The notes beneath the pieces were generated by a model that saw only the letters and a program-made list of their open reading frames with translations, made no database searches and was not told the origin of the DNA. 64,000 nucleotides of DNA from IMG/VR virus record IMGVR_UViG_3300025897_000009. One strand, written 5' to 3'. Both the position numbers and the translations under genes were made by a program. This document shows positions 17,992 through 27,550 of this stretch, piece by piece. This stretch comes from a virus. How positions within the stretch are numbered: the stretch's first letter is position 1; each line of letters starts with the position of its first letter.

Positions 17992-18282
17992 TTAAAGTCG
18001 AGAGATTGTTTTTACTCCTGTTGTTTTATCTTCCTGTTTCTGCACAGGTATTTCTACATCATCGTAAGTCCAATCACATGTCCAACCAGATCGTTCTCCA
18101 GTTGACTTCCATTTTTCAATAGAGTGATCATACAAAAACTCGACTATTGAATCTAGTCTAGAATCATACAGTTGTAGTAAACCAACTATGGGGTCAAAAT
18201 GTCTTAATTCACCTACACCTCTGCCAGTATCAGTAGCATAGTCGATGAATCTGTCATCCCCTGTTAATCCTAGTTTATTCAT
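17992..18282 (-). CDS. Hypothetical protein
   Basis: 96-aa ORF. Confidence 0.6.
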   Translation of the reverse strand: MNKLGLTGDDRFIDYATDTGRGVGELRHFDPIVGLLQLYDSRLDSIVEFLYDHSIEKWKSTGERSGWTCDWTYDDVEIPVQKQEDKTTGVKTISRL

Positions 18283-18291
18283 ATAGAATAT

Positions 18292-18894
18292 TTAGGCAGA
18301 TATGAGGTCTGGAAATGCTTTTTGTACCAAATTTTTAGTTAAAGATTTAAAAGCAACTAATCTTTTGTCTTTGACTTGATCCATTAGTGCTGCCTCTTCA
18401 GGTGATATCTTCTCTAGCATTTCTATCCACATGTGTTCTCTTTTAGTCTGTTGAACATCAGATGCACTTACTACAAAATATTTGAACATTTTAAACTCAT
18501 GTCTCAATGAGGATTCTGTCAAATCTGCTGCAGGTGCAGAGTTTTTCACAAAGGGTGTGACACCTTTGGGTAAACGAGACTCTATCGCATCATCAAACTG
18601 CCATTTAAGTACAGGTCTTAATGCTCCATTCTTTTGTGCCCAATATTGTAACCCATTGACACGAGTCTGTTCATCTTCTGCTTGCTCTACTGCTACCAAT
18701 ATTTCAAATACATTCGCAGTGGGTACAAGTCTGATGGGTTCTTTAGGTATGAGTGCCAATACAGGATCTTCTGCTGTTTTCACAGTGCCAGCATCTTGTA
18801 CGACAGTCTTTGGTTCTTTGGCAATTTTTGCCAAGGTCTTTTTGTTTAAGGATCCTGGTGGACGACCTCTACCTCTTTTCATTTTGTCAGCCAT
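18292..18894 (-). CDS. Conserved T4-like protein (DUF6433-like) with N-terminal AT-hook
   Basis: KRGRGRPPG AT-hook; LKWQFD..LP.G.TPF..KREHMWIEMLE..PEEA. Confidence 0.65.
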   Translation of the reverse strand: MADKMKRGRGRPPGSLNKKTLAKIAKEPKTVVQDAGTVKTAEDPVLALIPKEPIRLVPTANVFEILVAVEQAEDEQTRVNGLQYWAQKNGALRPVLKWQFDDAIESRLPKGVTPFVKNSAPAADLTESSLRHEFKMFKYFVVSASDVQQTKREHMWIEMLEKISPEEAALMDQVKDKRLVAFKSLTKNLVQKAFPDLISA

Positions 18895-18898
18895 TTTT

Positions 18899-19738
18899 CT
18901 AAAAATCTCCAATAGCATTTAATAATTCCTTCAATGAATTGTCCATTATGTAAGGTAAGAGTTTGCCTGAGGGTGGGATAGTTTCTTCGAATGCTTTAAG
19001 GATTCTGTTCGTCACATCTTCAGGTATCTCATCTAAATCGATAAGAGTTCTGTTTCTTACATAGTTTCGATAATAATTATCGAATTTGTCAACTCCATTT
19101 ATATACTTATTTAGTGTAGATTTCCTCATCGGTTTTTGACGAGTGCCTTCTACAATAACATTATCTCCAGATAGAATATTAGGTATCCCATCTCCTTTGT
19201 CACCTCTTAAAATATGCTCTTTAAGGAATTCCTCAGCATCATCGGGTGATACAAATTTGTTTACATTAGGTGACCATTGTTTTACATCAGAATATCTTTG
19301 TAATTGCTGGAAGTCTTTGTCACCACTTACAATAAGAATAGATTCTTCTCTTTTGTATTTGGTCAATGTACCTATGATATCATCTGCCTCTGCACCATCT
19401 ACTCGAAGGAACTTGTATGGCAGATTTAATTGGATCTCATCACGGATCTTATTGAGCATACCAAATATTGTATCCCAATCCATATCTGAGTCTTCGCGAG
19501 ATTTCTTTCGGTTTGCTTTGTAGTTAGGAAAGTAATCCCTTCGCCAGTAATGTCTGTCATCAGCACACAATACTATGTCACCATAATCATTCTTAAATCT
19601 TTTAGAATAACTGCGTATGGTGTTGAGTACCATGTGTCTTAACAGATCTTCACTCATCTCACCACTATCTATGCGATTCATTTTTACCTGAACCATCACA
19701 CCAGCGATCATGGTTTGTGTCAAATCAACTAAAATCAT
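18899..19738 (-). CDS. rnh: RNase H / 5'-3' exonuclease
   Basis: MILVD, WRRDYFPNYKANRKK, EADDIIG, SGDKDFQQL, GDKGDGIPNILS. Confidence 0.95.
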   Translation of the reverse strand: MILVDLTQTMIAGVMVQVKMNRIDSGEMSEDLLRHMVLNTIRSYSKRFKNDYGDIVLCADDRHYWRRDYFPNYKANRKKSREDSDMDWDTIFGMLNKIRDEIQLNLPYKFLRVDGAEADDIIGTLTKYKREESILIVSGDKDFQQLQRYSDVKQWSPNVNKFVSPDDAEEFLKEHILRGDKGDGIPNILSGDNVIVEGTRQKPMRKSTLNKYINGVDKFDNYYRNYVRNRTLIDLDEIPEDVTNRILKAFEETIPPSGKLLPYIMDNSLKELLNAIGDF

Positions 19739-20832
19739 TTCTCTACTCTTAATAATATACAGTGCTCATTGACTCTACCATTAGCAACCTTTTCGGTGGA
19801 ATTGATTTCATTCATTAATCCTTTAAGAACTAATTTGCCACCATCTAAGCATCTCTTGATGTATTTAGTTGGATTTCTACCAATGCTCTTTTCAATGGCA
19901 TCATCTTTCGCATAACCATATATGGTTGTACCTCTCACATCTAACTTGCCACGATAGACTTGAAGTTTCTTGTTATTGGTGTTATAAATCCACAACTCTC
20001 TGGCACCTATGATCAATGCAGGGTTTACACTGCTGATCTTAAGTTGAGTGTCAGAATCTTTAAACTTGAGTTTCTTAACTCTGTTGGTACCATCAACAAG
20101 TTTAGATTTTCTAATGCGAGGTTTAAACTGCTGTCTTTTATTCTTTGCCCATCTTTCAGCATCATCCATGATACTTCGAATAAACTCAATCAAAAGTTTT
20201 TTACCTTTGATTCCTAGATAAGCATATGCCTCTTTTAACTGTTCACAATCCTCTTTGTTCTCAAGTTCGTCTATCATTAAACTGTAATGTGTTGGGATCA
20301 ATGAAGTAGACTTAGCATTTAAGTCTAGTGCTTGGCACCATTCATACATATTGAAGTCTGACTTGAAATCATTATCCAAGAATTGATCAATCTCATACTC
20401 AACATCACCCAGCATGTCCATCAGTTTATCTTCCATAAGTTGCTGAACTGATTTCTTTGGTTTACGAGTTGAGACAGTAACTGATACCACTTTTCCTTTA
20501 GTTGCTTGCAGTTCGCGAATGGTTGAGTCAAGTCTAGTTTCTAAATCAGAATCTAGTTTCGCACCAAGCATTTTCTGCCTAACTAAAGATACAAAGGAAG
20601 TCATCATAAAACTGTTTGGGACACCTATAAAAGATTTGTAGAAATCTTTATCATAGTTTGCCTTTACATAGTCTCTCATGACTTTGCCTTTCGTCGGAGT
20701 ATCAAACATCACTCTATACCAATTGAAAATTGGGGCAAGAACTGCGTTCTCATTCGCGATGCTTGCTAACATCGGTTCTGGACCATAGTGTATAGTGTTT
20801 AGGTCTTTCGCACTTCGTTTAGATTTTTTCAT
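19735..20832 (-). CDS. Conserved T4-like hypothetical protein
   Basis: VKKLKF..SVNP..IIGA.ELWIYNT..KL..Y, C-terminal NGRVNEHCILLRV. Confidence 0.75.
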   Translation of the reverse strand: MKKSKRSAKDLNTIHYGPEPMLASIANENAVLAPIFNWYRVMFDTPTKGKVMRDYVKANYDKDFYKSFIGVPNSFMMTSFVSLVRQKMLGAKLDSDLETRLDSTIRELQATKGKVVSVTVSTRKPKKSVQQLMEDKLMDMLGDVEYEIDQFLDNDFKSDFNMYEWCQALDLNAKSTSLIPTHYSLMIDELENKEDCEQLKEAYAYLGIKGKKLLIEFIRSIMDDAERWAKNKRQQFKPRIRKSKLVDGTNRVKKLKFKDSDTQLKISSVNPALIIGARELWIYNTNNKKLQVYRGKLDVRGTTIYGYAKDDAIEKSIGRNPTKYIKRCLDGGKLVLKGLMNEINSTEKVANGRVNEHCILLRVEK

Positions 20833-20838
20833 TATCAT

Positions 20839-20869
20839 ATTGTAGTAAAAAACAATGGGTGTCGTAAAG
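20839..20869 (-). promoter_or_regulatory. Early-type promoter (TTTACG-N18-TACAAT)
   Basis: CTTTACGACACCC motif. Confidence 0.65.
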
Positions 20870-21259
20870 TTATTTCCACCAGTGTGTCATGTAAAGATAG
20901 TCTTCATATAGATATGCTTCTTTTTCAAACTCATCTGATGTCATGTGAAAAGAACCTGTAGTTTTGATTTTTTTGGATGAGGGTATTTCACCTCTAAAGA
21001 ATTGCTTGACATGTACTAATTCATGAGCAAGAGTGACCATCATATCTTCAGTGGTATCTCTAGCAATCTCTATATCAACTGCATTCTTATCACCATATGC
21101 GACACCCTTATATGAATAATCGTCTATGACAACTTCGTTCTTGAACTCGATGTAGATTTGACCTTTCTTTTTACGAGGCATTAATTCGAACATGATTGAT
21201 CGTGCATAGTCTTCTACACGATTCTTTTGACGACCATTAGCAACTATAATTTCAATCAT
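20870..21259 (-). CDS. Zinc metallopeptidase-like protein (HExxH)
   Basis: TLAHELVHVKQF..EKEAY. Confidence 0.7.
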   Translation of the reverse strand: MIEIIVANGRQKNRVEDYARSIMFELMPRKKKGQIYIEFKNEVVIDDYSYKGVAYGDKNAVDIEIARDTTEDMMVTLAHELVHVKQFFRGEIPSSKKIKTTGSFHMTSDEFEKEAYLYEDYLYMTHWWK

Positions 21260-21503
21260 CTACTTCAGGAAAGTAATTATCTGCCTTTTCATTATATCCA
21301 TAGAAAGATCCTTCTTTTTCTTCCTTCTTTGGAGATTTGGCAGGACACCAATTACAATCTTCACCCATCGCAGTATCAGTCGGTCCACTATCGGGACAAT
21401 CATGATGCCACCATTCTATTTTATTCACTTGTTCATTTTGAGTCATACATTCACAGTCCAATCTTTTCTTACCACACTTGGGGCATTCAATCATTAAGTA
21501 CAT
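21252..21503 (-). CDS. Small Cys-rich protein
   Basis: CPKC, CEC, CNWC; TATAAATA 5 nt upstream. Confidence 0.55.
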   Translation of the reverse strand: MYLMIECPKCGKKRLDCECMTQNEQVNKIEWWHHDCPDSGPTDTAMGEDCNWCPAKSPKKEEKEGSFYGYNEKADNYFPEVDD

Positions 21504-21511
21504 AAGATTAT

Positions 21512-22171
21512 TTATATCTCATAATAAAAGACATGATTTCCAATTTGTCCTTTGTGCTCCATGTCTTTACACCACCATGGTTTCACATTTGTAGAATGAT
21601 AATGAGTTGCCCCATCAGTCAGATCTATGTAAGTATCAGATAACAACATCATCTGTGCTAACATGACTGATTCTGCCCATGTGACATATTCTTTAGGTTC
21701 ATCAGACTTGCCATCACAATACCAACTAAAGTGACATTGAGCAATCTTAGGAACTTGTTCATTCTTCCAGTTTTCTCGATGTATTCCTTGAAAAACTACA
21801 GCACAAACATTGTTAGGGAATCTATCAGAAATCACTCGATTCAAAGTGACATTACCCACTGCGAGTTTGCCTTCAGTTGTTTCACCACGTGCTTCATGAT
21901 AGATGTTAAGTGCTAAGCAATATGCATCATCGGTAATGTTCATGTATTGTTCTTCAAAACTAAGGAACATATCGATCTTATCATTAATAATCTGAATTTC
22001 AGTAGCATGCATTTCTTGCCTTAAATTAAACTCTTCCAACTCATTTTCTATAGTTTTTAGTTCTGACGCATTAAACATGCCGATAATTGCTAGCAGTAGT
22101 CCAATGCCTATACCCAATTTGGCATACCATGGAACTAGAGGTTTAATTCCTTGTAATTCTTTTTGTTTCAT
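21512..22171 (-). CDS. Cell wall hydrolase (SleB/Hydrolase_2) with N-terminal TM anchor
   Basis: CLALNIYHEARGE, AVGNVTLNRV, CHFSWYCDGK, GATHYH, IGNHVFY. Confidence 0.92.
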   Translation of the reverse strand: MKQKELQGIKPLVPWYAKLGIGIGLLLAIIGMFNASELKTIENELEEFNLRQEMHATEIQIINDKIDMFLSFEEQYMNITDDAYCLALNIYHEARGETTEGKLAVGNVTLNRVISDRFPNNVCAVVFQGIHRENWKNEQVPKIAQCHFSWYCDGKSDEPKEYVTWAESVMLAQMMLLSDTYIDLTDGATHYHSTNVKPWWCKDMEHKGQIGNHVFYYEI

Positions 22172-22172
22172 G

Positions 22173-22487
22173 CTATCTACCTATATGTTTGACTTCATCT
22201 TTAGGGATGACTTGGTATGCACCTTTGTTATAAGCAGGAGCAATCGTCACACCCTCAACCACTTTGGGTTCTTCTTTGGGTGTTACTGCTCCTGTCTTAC
22301 CAGAATCATAAGATGCATATTGTTTTGTAGATCGTTCTTCATTATAACGATCCAACCCACTCTTTTCAACTGGATCAGATCGTTTGAAATCTGGACGATA
22401 TGCTGTAGAAGGAAGAAGTTTCTTCTTCTTGCGTTTTTTACCCACCATGGAATATCGCATGGTATCTGGTCTAAAGATCATAGGCAT
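22173..22487 (-). CDS. Conserved phage hypothetical protein
   Basis: C-terminal IAPAYNKGAYQVI..IGR. Confidence 0.7.
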   Translation of the reverse strand: MPMIFRPDTMRYSMVGKKRKKKKLLPSTAYRPDFKRSDPVEKSGLDRYNEERSTKQYASYDSGKTGAVTPKEEPKVVEGVTIAPAYNKGAYQVIPKDEVKHIGR

Positions 22488-22490
22488 AGT

Positions 22491-22691
22491 TTAAAATCCA
22501 GAAGTCCAATGTACATAAGACTCTGGGCAGTTATCTACCCCACAACAGCAAGTTTCGTCATCAACTAACACATCACTGTGTGTCATTGAAGATTCTACTT
22601 TTACTTCTACCACTGATTCGGTATAACCTGGAGCAGTATCTCTCCACTCTCTGTCTCTTTGGACAATATCTTTAAATTCTTGTATCGTCAT
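22491..22691 (-). CDS. Hypothetical protein
   Basis: 66 aa ending CCCG..CPESYVHWTSGF. Confidence 0.55.
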   Translation of the reverse strand: MTIQEFKDIVQRDREWRDTAPGYTESVVEVKVESSMTHSDVLVDDETCCCGVDNCPESYVHWTSGF

Positions 22692-22693
22692 CT

Positions 22694-22804
22694 TTATACC
22701 CTGTTGTCAATTTGATCAACTAGATCGCGAATTTTATCAAGATCTTTATCTTGCTCCTTTTGCTTATCAAGAATCTCTTGAAGCATTGCTTTTATTTCTT
22801 CCAT
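22694..22804 (-). CDS. Small coiled-coil peptide (36 aa)
   Basis: MEEIKAMLQEILDKQKEQ... with GAGGAG SD after an early promoter. Confidence 0.55.
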   Translation of the reverse strand: MEEIKAMLQEILDKQKEQDKDLDKIRDLVDQIDNRV

Positions 22805-22832
22805 AATTTACTCCTCTTTTTATAGTGTTTAT

Positions 22833-22863
22833 ATCATACTAAAAAGTAGAGGGTGTCGTAAAG
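22833..22863 (-). promoter_or_regulatory. Early-type promoter (TTTACG-N18-TATGAT)
   Basis: Identical 31-mer to 25676-25706. Confidence 0.7.
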
Positions 22864-22865
22864 TC

Positions 22866-23471
22866 CTAAAAGTATTCAACCCAACCTGTTGCTATGTACT
22901 TCTCACCACTGAGTGGTGGATTCCCTCGATGCAAATGAGTAAAGTATGCAGGAAATACAAGTGCTGTTCCTGCTTTAGGTTTAAATCGTAAGTGTTGATG
23001 TAGGAATTCTGTTTCGCCACCTTCTTCAACATCATTCAGGAATACAGACCATGCTAAGAATCTATCTCTATCATGAGTCTTGGTACCATTTTGTTCACAA
23101 TGCCAAATGTGATAACCTTGTCCAGGAAGTGTTCTTTGCACTTTACCCTCAAACACACATCTAGGATTCTCACCAAGTATCGGATGTTGTTTGACATATG
23201 CCTCTACGATTTCATCATTCATGTACTCTAAGAAACCTGCTTGGTTTTGAAAAGTAATCTTAGACAGTTCTGGACTAGGTTCTGCGAGAGTCATTGATTC
23301 GTCATCTTTACCAGTGATCAATGAATCATCATACTCTTGTCGCATTCTTGTCTGACCCCTTTCTTTGCTGGTTTTGAATGCATCGATCAGTTCTTCGCAA
23401 TGCTGATCTGTAATTGCATTCTCAAAGACACCGATAAATTCTTTCATCTCAAATGTAGTGTTTTCCATCAT
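22866..23471 (-). CDS. 2OG-Fe(II) oxygenase (prolyl-4-hydroxylase-like)
   Basis: GYHIWHCE, FLNDVEEGGETEF, FPAYFTHLHRGNPP, KYIATGW. Confidence 0.9.
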   Translation of the reverse strand: MMENTTFEMKEFIGVFENAITDQHCEELIDAFKTSKERGQTRMRQEYDDSLITGKDDESMTLAEPSPELSKITFQNQAGFLEYMNDEIVEAYVKQHPILGENPRCVFEGKVQRTLPGQGYHIWHCEQNGTKTHDRDRFLAWSVFLNDVEEGGETEFLHQHLRFKPKAGTALVFPAYFTHLHRGNPPLSGEKYIATGWVEYF

Positions 23472-24190
23472 ATCATGAGTTCCGCAAATTCTTTTAATTT
23501 AATTTCTTCTTCTATTGTAAGTTCTACAGGTTGTGATCTTTTAACTCGAATGTAGAATCTTGTTTCTTTATCTACCTTTATGTTGAGTAAAGGAAATGCA
23601 TTTGTAACATCATCTTTGATCAAAGAGTGTGGTATTACTGCATGGTTGTCTATCTTTTTTCTAAGATCAGCATCTCGTTGTCTATAATCCATAACAATCT
23701 GTGCACAAGTCTTCATCTTTTCCATTCTTTCTTCTAAGGTCCAAGAATTAAACTCTGTCACTCTATCACCTAACACTCTTGGGGTTTCCATTTCTTTGTT
23801 TCTAGATTTAAATGAAAAGAATTCATGAAAATGTGAACATGCTGAAATGTAAAAAGATTTTAGGTTCTCATAGGGATCTCTATCTATAAAGATAGGAATG
23901 TAATTGTTATTGTGTAAAAAAGTCAACATTCCTGGAACATGTTCTGGTGAAACCATGCCACCTTCTAATTTAAAAGGAGGGTTGCCTTCTGGTAAGTTAT
24001 CAAACCAACTAGAGTATCCATGTTTGTATAGTTGTACACCCTCACCACTTGCCCACATAGTTTCTGGCAAGTTAAGAAACTTTCCTTCTCTTGTTTCCCA
24101 GAGTCTCATCAGAGTTTGTGTAAGTGCTACACTAGAAGTTCTGGGATAACTCAGAACACAGTAGTTAGGCAACTTGATATTGTTCGTCAT
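23468..24190 (-). CDS. Sulfotransferase-like protein
   Basis: LSYPRTSS PAPS-like loop, IFIDRDPYE..KS. Confidence 0.55.
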   Translation of the reverse strand: MTNNIKLPNYCVLSYPRTSSVALTQTLMRLWETREGKFLNLPETMWASGEGVQLYKHGYSSWFDNLPEGNPPFKLEGGMVSPEHVPGMLTFLHNNNYIPIFIDRDPYENLKSFYISACSHFHEFFSFKSRNKEMETPRVLGDRVTEFNSWTLEERMEKMKTCAQIVMDYRQRDADLRKKIDNHAVIPHSLIKDDVTNAFPLLNIKVDKETRFYIRVKRSQPVELTIEEEIKLKEFAELMI

Positions 24191-24305
24191 GCGATGATTC
24201 TACTCCAATTGTTACACACTCTTCGCAGAGGTTATTTTCTAGTTTCGTATCATATTTATATCCACATTCCAAACAATCATTTTGCTCTTCTTTGTTTTTT
24301 GTCAT
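24165..24305 (-). CDS. Small Zn-finger protein (46 aa)
   Basis: Manual translation with CLEC...CEEC; fills the gap. Confidence 0.5.
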   Translation of the reverse strand: MTKNKEEQNDCLECGYKYDTKLENNLCEECVTIGVESSHDEQYQVA

Positions 24306-24510
24306 GGTAATCTCTCACAATATATACTCGCAACCAAGCGAATACAGTCATCATTAATGTAGTGTATGTGCCTATCATGAAAGCACTTGTTATGTCCCAA
24401 TGTTCAATAATAACCCATAAGCAAGCAAGTTGCAAAGGATAATTAATAACAGTCCCAGAGAAAACAATCCAAGAGGTTTCTCTAGCAACTGACTTCTCTC
24501 TCTTATTCAA
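24277..24510 (-). CDS. Small two-TM membrane protein
   Basis: ET...V.SG.VINYPL..R.YIVR. Confidence 0.65.
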   Translation of the reverse strand: MNKREKSVARETSWIVFSGTVINYPLQLACLWVIIEHWDITSAFMIGTYTTLMMTVFAWLRVYIVRDYHDKKQRRAK

Positions 24511-25043
24511 AAGAGTGATCCTTGGGAAGGATCAAATTCTGGGGATATCATAGACTTGAGTTTGTCTATGGTTCTTGGTGAATTACCAGAAATATGTAAT
24601 ATTCCTGTTCCACCAACATCGGTAAAAGATTTGATGTTTGACTTTCTGTCATCAATCAACACATAATCTGGTTGGGCAAAACCTCTTTTAGATCCACCCT
24701 TTTCTACGCAGTTAACAATCATGTTCGGATCAACCCATTCGTCAATCCATTCTCTTTTGTCTTTAACCACGATCTCTCTATTGATAGATCCTGTTGCTGT
24801 AAGAATCTCAGTTCTAATACCATGACTATCTTTAAGTGATCTGCAGAACTGTACCAATTCAAACATATCTTTATAAGGTTTGAGATGTCTAAACAATCTC
24901 TCACTAGTCAGTTTCTCTTTCTGAGCATCATAAGTTTCATGACCTTGTTTGTCATTCTCTATCACAGTATCTAGTCTTTCTTCAACACCAGATTTGAAGT
25001 CTGCTAAGACTCCATCCATATCTAAGTAGATGGTCTTGATCAT
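24507..25043 (-). CDS. HAD-family 5'(3')-deoxyribonucleotidase-like
   Basis: YLDMDGVLADF, ILTA, K..W, LIDDRKSNI..GG.GILH. Confidence 0.85.
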   Translation of the reverse strand: MIKTIYLDMDGVLADFKSGVEERLDTVIENDKQGHETYDAQKEKLTSERLFRHLKPYKDMFELVQFCRSLKDSHGIRTEILTATGSINREIVVKDKREWIDEWVDPNMIVNCVEKGGSKRGFAQPDYVLIDDRKSNIKSFTDVGGTGILHISGNSPRTIDKLKSMISPEFDPSQGSLF

Positions 25044-25228
25044 AATACCATGATTCCTAAGTCAAACATTATGACTGCTAGCAAGAAACCTGTTGCAAAC
25101 AAGTAAATGCCAAAGGCAACTTGTAGCATCTTATTGGTTTTATTGATTTCACTATCAATGTCTTTCATCTTTTTGATAGTCTTATCAAAGTAGTCTTGAT
25201 TTAATTTTGTTATTTCAATTTGTTTCAT
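25040..25228 (-). CDS. Small membrane protein
   Basis: C-terminal TM; TAGGAG SD. Confidence 0.6.
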   Translation of the reverse strand: MKQIEITKLNQDYFDKTIKKMKDIDSEINKTNKMLQVAFGIYLFATGFLLAVIMFDLGIMVL

Positions 25229-25383
25229 TTTCACTCCTATGTAAAATTAAAAAAGGGTGTGAGGTTAACAGTGGCATTTGCCCTAGTCCGAAGACTCCAG
25301 AAACCTCACTTTTGATTCTTGATTGATCCCGATCCCATAGCAGTCTAGCAGTTTTCGTTATCAGTTTCTCAATCATCAAGTTT

Positions 25384-25414
25384 ATCATATTAAAAAAGTA
25401 CCAGTGTGGTAAAC
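25384..25414 (-). promoter_or_regulatory. Early-type promoter (TTTACC-N18-TATGAT)
   Basis: Variant of the repeated motif, preceded by an ACCCTTTT/AAAAGGGG stem-loop. Confidence 0.6.
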
Positions 25415-25423
25415 CCCTTTTTA

Positions 25424-25639
25424 TTAAAAGGGTCCATCTGGTAATTCTTCAAATCTTTTGTTAACGAGTTTTTCAATAACTGCATCTCTGTCAGTCATTG
25501 CTACTCTCATATCGAAAGATTCACACAATCCAGGTCTGCTAACACCACCATCTAATTCTCTTAGAATGTTTCCAGTGTTCATTTCTGAGACCTCGTCGAA
25601 GATTCTTTCGAGGGTTGTTTCATTTGCTAAGTTTGACAT
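25424..25639 (-). CDS. Hypothetical early protein
   Basis: MSNLANETTLERIFDEV...RFEELP; TAGGAG SD. Confidence 0.65.
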   Translation of the reverse strand: MSNLANETTLERIFDEVSEMNTGNILRELDGGVSRPGLCESFDMRVAMTDRDAVIEKLVNKRFEELPDGPF

Positions 25640-25706
25640 TTTCACTCCTATATGATTTGTTTTCCTAGTATTATAATCATACTAAAAAGTAGAGGGTGTC
25701 GTAAAG
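25640..25706 (-). repeat. Early promoter + leader + RBS module, copy A
   Basis: Near-identical to 46427-46494. Confidence 0.75.
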
Positions 25707-25723
25707 TTTTTTATGAAGTTTTT

Positions 25724-26353
25724 TTAGATGTTCGAAGCGATATGTTCTGCGATGTCTTTGAAGTTGCTAAAGAATCTAAGAGATAGAAATTTAGCAGGGT
25801 GTTGATGATCTTTTTCTACAGAATGGAGTAAAGAGGCATCAAATATAAAGGGTTTGTATTTCGTTGCTTTTAGTTTGTGAGTCGAACCATTCTTACTTTT
25901 GATTGCGAAAGTCCAATCTGAAGATAAGGGCAAGATGAGTGGGTCTGTGTATTCATTCTGATGATCAGGAGCATAATCTACATGCCAAAGAACATGATCT
26001 CTCCAACCATATTCGCACCAAGCAAAGTCTAGATTCATATCAAAGTGTTTCTTCATGAATGACTTAACCACTTCAGAGTCTAGCATATTTACTTTATCAG
26101 CATTTGCTTTGTGTAGTTTTGGTGGATGTACAGCAACATTCTGCTCTAAATTGTAATTGATATAATTGGTTGAGAAGTAAGCATCCTTCTGGAAGTTAAG
26201 TTCTTTGGGTGGTTCAGGAGCAAACTCAGTATAGAATCGAGTCATCGAATTGGTCGCTTCTGATATTAAAGAATCTATTTCCGAGTCACTAGGACTGATC
26301 AACTTCATCTCGCAGAGGCAGTTTGCTCTGTTTAATAAGTTCTGTATATCCAT
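25724..26353 (-). CDS. Cupin/2OG-Fe(II) oxygenase-like protein
   Basis: WHVD..DPLILPL..FDASLLHSV. Confidence 0.6.
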   Translation of the reverse strand: MDIQNLLNRANCLCEMKLISPSDSEIDSLISEATNSMTRFYTEFAPEPPKELNFQKDAYFSTNYINYNLEQNVAVHPPKLHKANADKVNMLDSEVVKSFMKKHFDMNLDFAWCEYGWRDHVLWHVDYAPDHQNEYTDPLILPLSSDWTFAIKSKNGSTHKLKATKYKPFIFDASLLHSVEKDHQHPAKFLSLRFFSNFKDIAEHIASNI

Positions 26354-26876
26354 ATTTTGCTATGTAGAAAGCATCAATAATATCAGATATCGGATGCTCA
26401 ACTGTAGTGTCTAGTTGTTTTCGTAAGTCTACACCTGTCTGCTCTGTAAAGCACTCGTACATCTTTTCTTTGTTCGCATTACCTTTTCCTGTTGCGAACT
26501 TCTTTACTGTAGTTGGTGCCACTACAATAAATGGTATGCCTGATTTGAATAGTTTGTGTTTAAGTAAACCAGTGTTCTCAGCAATGTGGAACACTCTACC
26601 TTTACTGCCAAAACTATAGTCCTCTAGCACGACTAGATCTGGATCGTAACATAGAATTTGTGATACAGTCCATGTAGCAATCCAATCAAATCGCTCCTCT
26701 TGTGAGTTGTATTCAGGTTTGATGTCACCTTGAATATTCGTCGTGTATGGTGGGTTCTTTTTATCTATCAGATAATGAAATTCACAATCTTCATACAGGA
26801 ATTGCTTTTCAGGGGATCCTTTAAAACCACAGATTGCTGGACAACCCATGGCATAGTCTATACCAATTATGTTCAT
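26289..26876 (-). CDS. RuvC-like Holliday junction resolvase
   Basis: IIGIDY, VVLEDYS, IAENTG.LK, PTTVKKFATGKGNA.K, DIIDA; likely start MNIIG. Confidence 0.85.
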   Translation of the reverse strand: MNIIGIDYAMGCPAICGFKGSPEKQFLYEDCEFHYLIDKKNPPYTTNIQGDIKPEYNSQEERFDWIATWTVSQILCYDPDLVVLEDYSFGSKGRVFHIAENTGLLKHKLFKSGIPFIVVAPTTVKKFATGKGNANKEKMYECFTEQTGVDLRKQLDTTVEHPISDIIDAFYIAKYGYTELIKQSKLPLRDEVDQS

Positions 26877-27052
26877 TCGTCGTAGAAGTTCTCGTTCTCG
26901 TCGATTCCGTCCTCTAAATCTAATTGGCTGCCACAAAATGGGCAAAAATGTAATCTGTAAGGAAGTTTTAAATTATGTTCAACAGAACAATCAGCATCAC
27001 ACTCCTCACAATGAATGATGTATCTTGTATATGTATCTGTCAATGAAGTCAT
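26873..27052 (-). CDS. Zn-ribbon protein (59 aa)
   Basis: Manual translation with CEEC...FCPFCG. Confidence 0.65.
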   Translation of the reverse strand: MTSLTDTYTRYIIHCEECDADCSVEHNLKLPYRLHFCPFCGSQLDLEDGIDENENFYDE

Positions 27053-27327
27053 TAAGTTTTTTGTGCTTTATTTGTAAGAGATAAGAAAGCATCATAACCA
27101 CCGATCTTCTTACCTTTAAAAATAATCTGTGGAAAAGTTCTTGCCTCTGGAAACTCTTCAAAGAGTTGTTCTCTAGAGAAGTCTTCATTAAGTTTCTTAA
27201 CTTCTATAGTGAATCCTTGTGATCTTGCTAGATCTTCTGCTCTTACACAATAAGGGCAGTTGTCTTTACTATAAATTACAACTTCTGCTTGTTCTTTTAC
27301 TGTTTCAGTTTTTTTGCTTTTAGGCAT
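27052..27327 (-). CDS. nrdC: Glutaredoxin
   Basis: CPYC, TFPQI, IGGYD. Confidence 0.92.
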   Translation of the reverse strand: MPKSKKTETVKEQAEVVIYSKDNCPYCVRAEDLARSQGFTIEVKKLNEDFSREQLFEEFPEARTFPQIIFKGKKIGGYDAFLSLTNKAQKT

Positions 27328-27550
27328 GTTTGACCTCTACTATTCTTCTGATCGTTGTCACATCATTGTAGTCACCAAATGCAGTGTAGTCTCTTACGAC
27401 CTTTTCTTCAGTTAGATAACCATCAACCACTCTTGTGGTAATAATTTCTCTGCGTAAAACATCTTTTGTATCTTCAATACTATTAGGAAATGCCACACTA
27501 GTCATTGGTCCTTCTTGAATGTTTACTACCTTGTCATATTCTCTGCTCAT
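27320..27550 (-). CDS. Hypothetical protein
   Basis: 76-aa coupled ORF. Confidence 0.6.
   Translation of the reverse strand: MSREYDKVVNIQEGPMTSVAFPNSIEDTKDVLRREIITTRVVDGYLTEEKVVRDYTAFGDYNDVTTIRRIVEVKHA

Noticed and set aside
24253-24260. TATAAATA late-promoter match
   Set aside because: Inside a small Zn-finger ORF (codons Y-K-Y), so it may be chance; the same applies to the copy in uvsX at 48851
25350-25366. CTGATAACGAAA resembling a hammerhead core
   Set aside because: CUGANGA not matched and no stem II between the core halves
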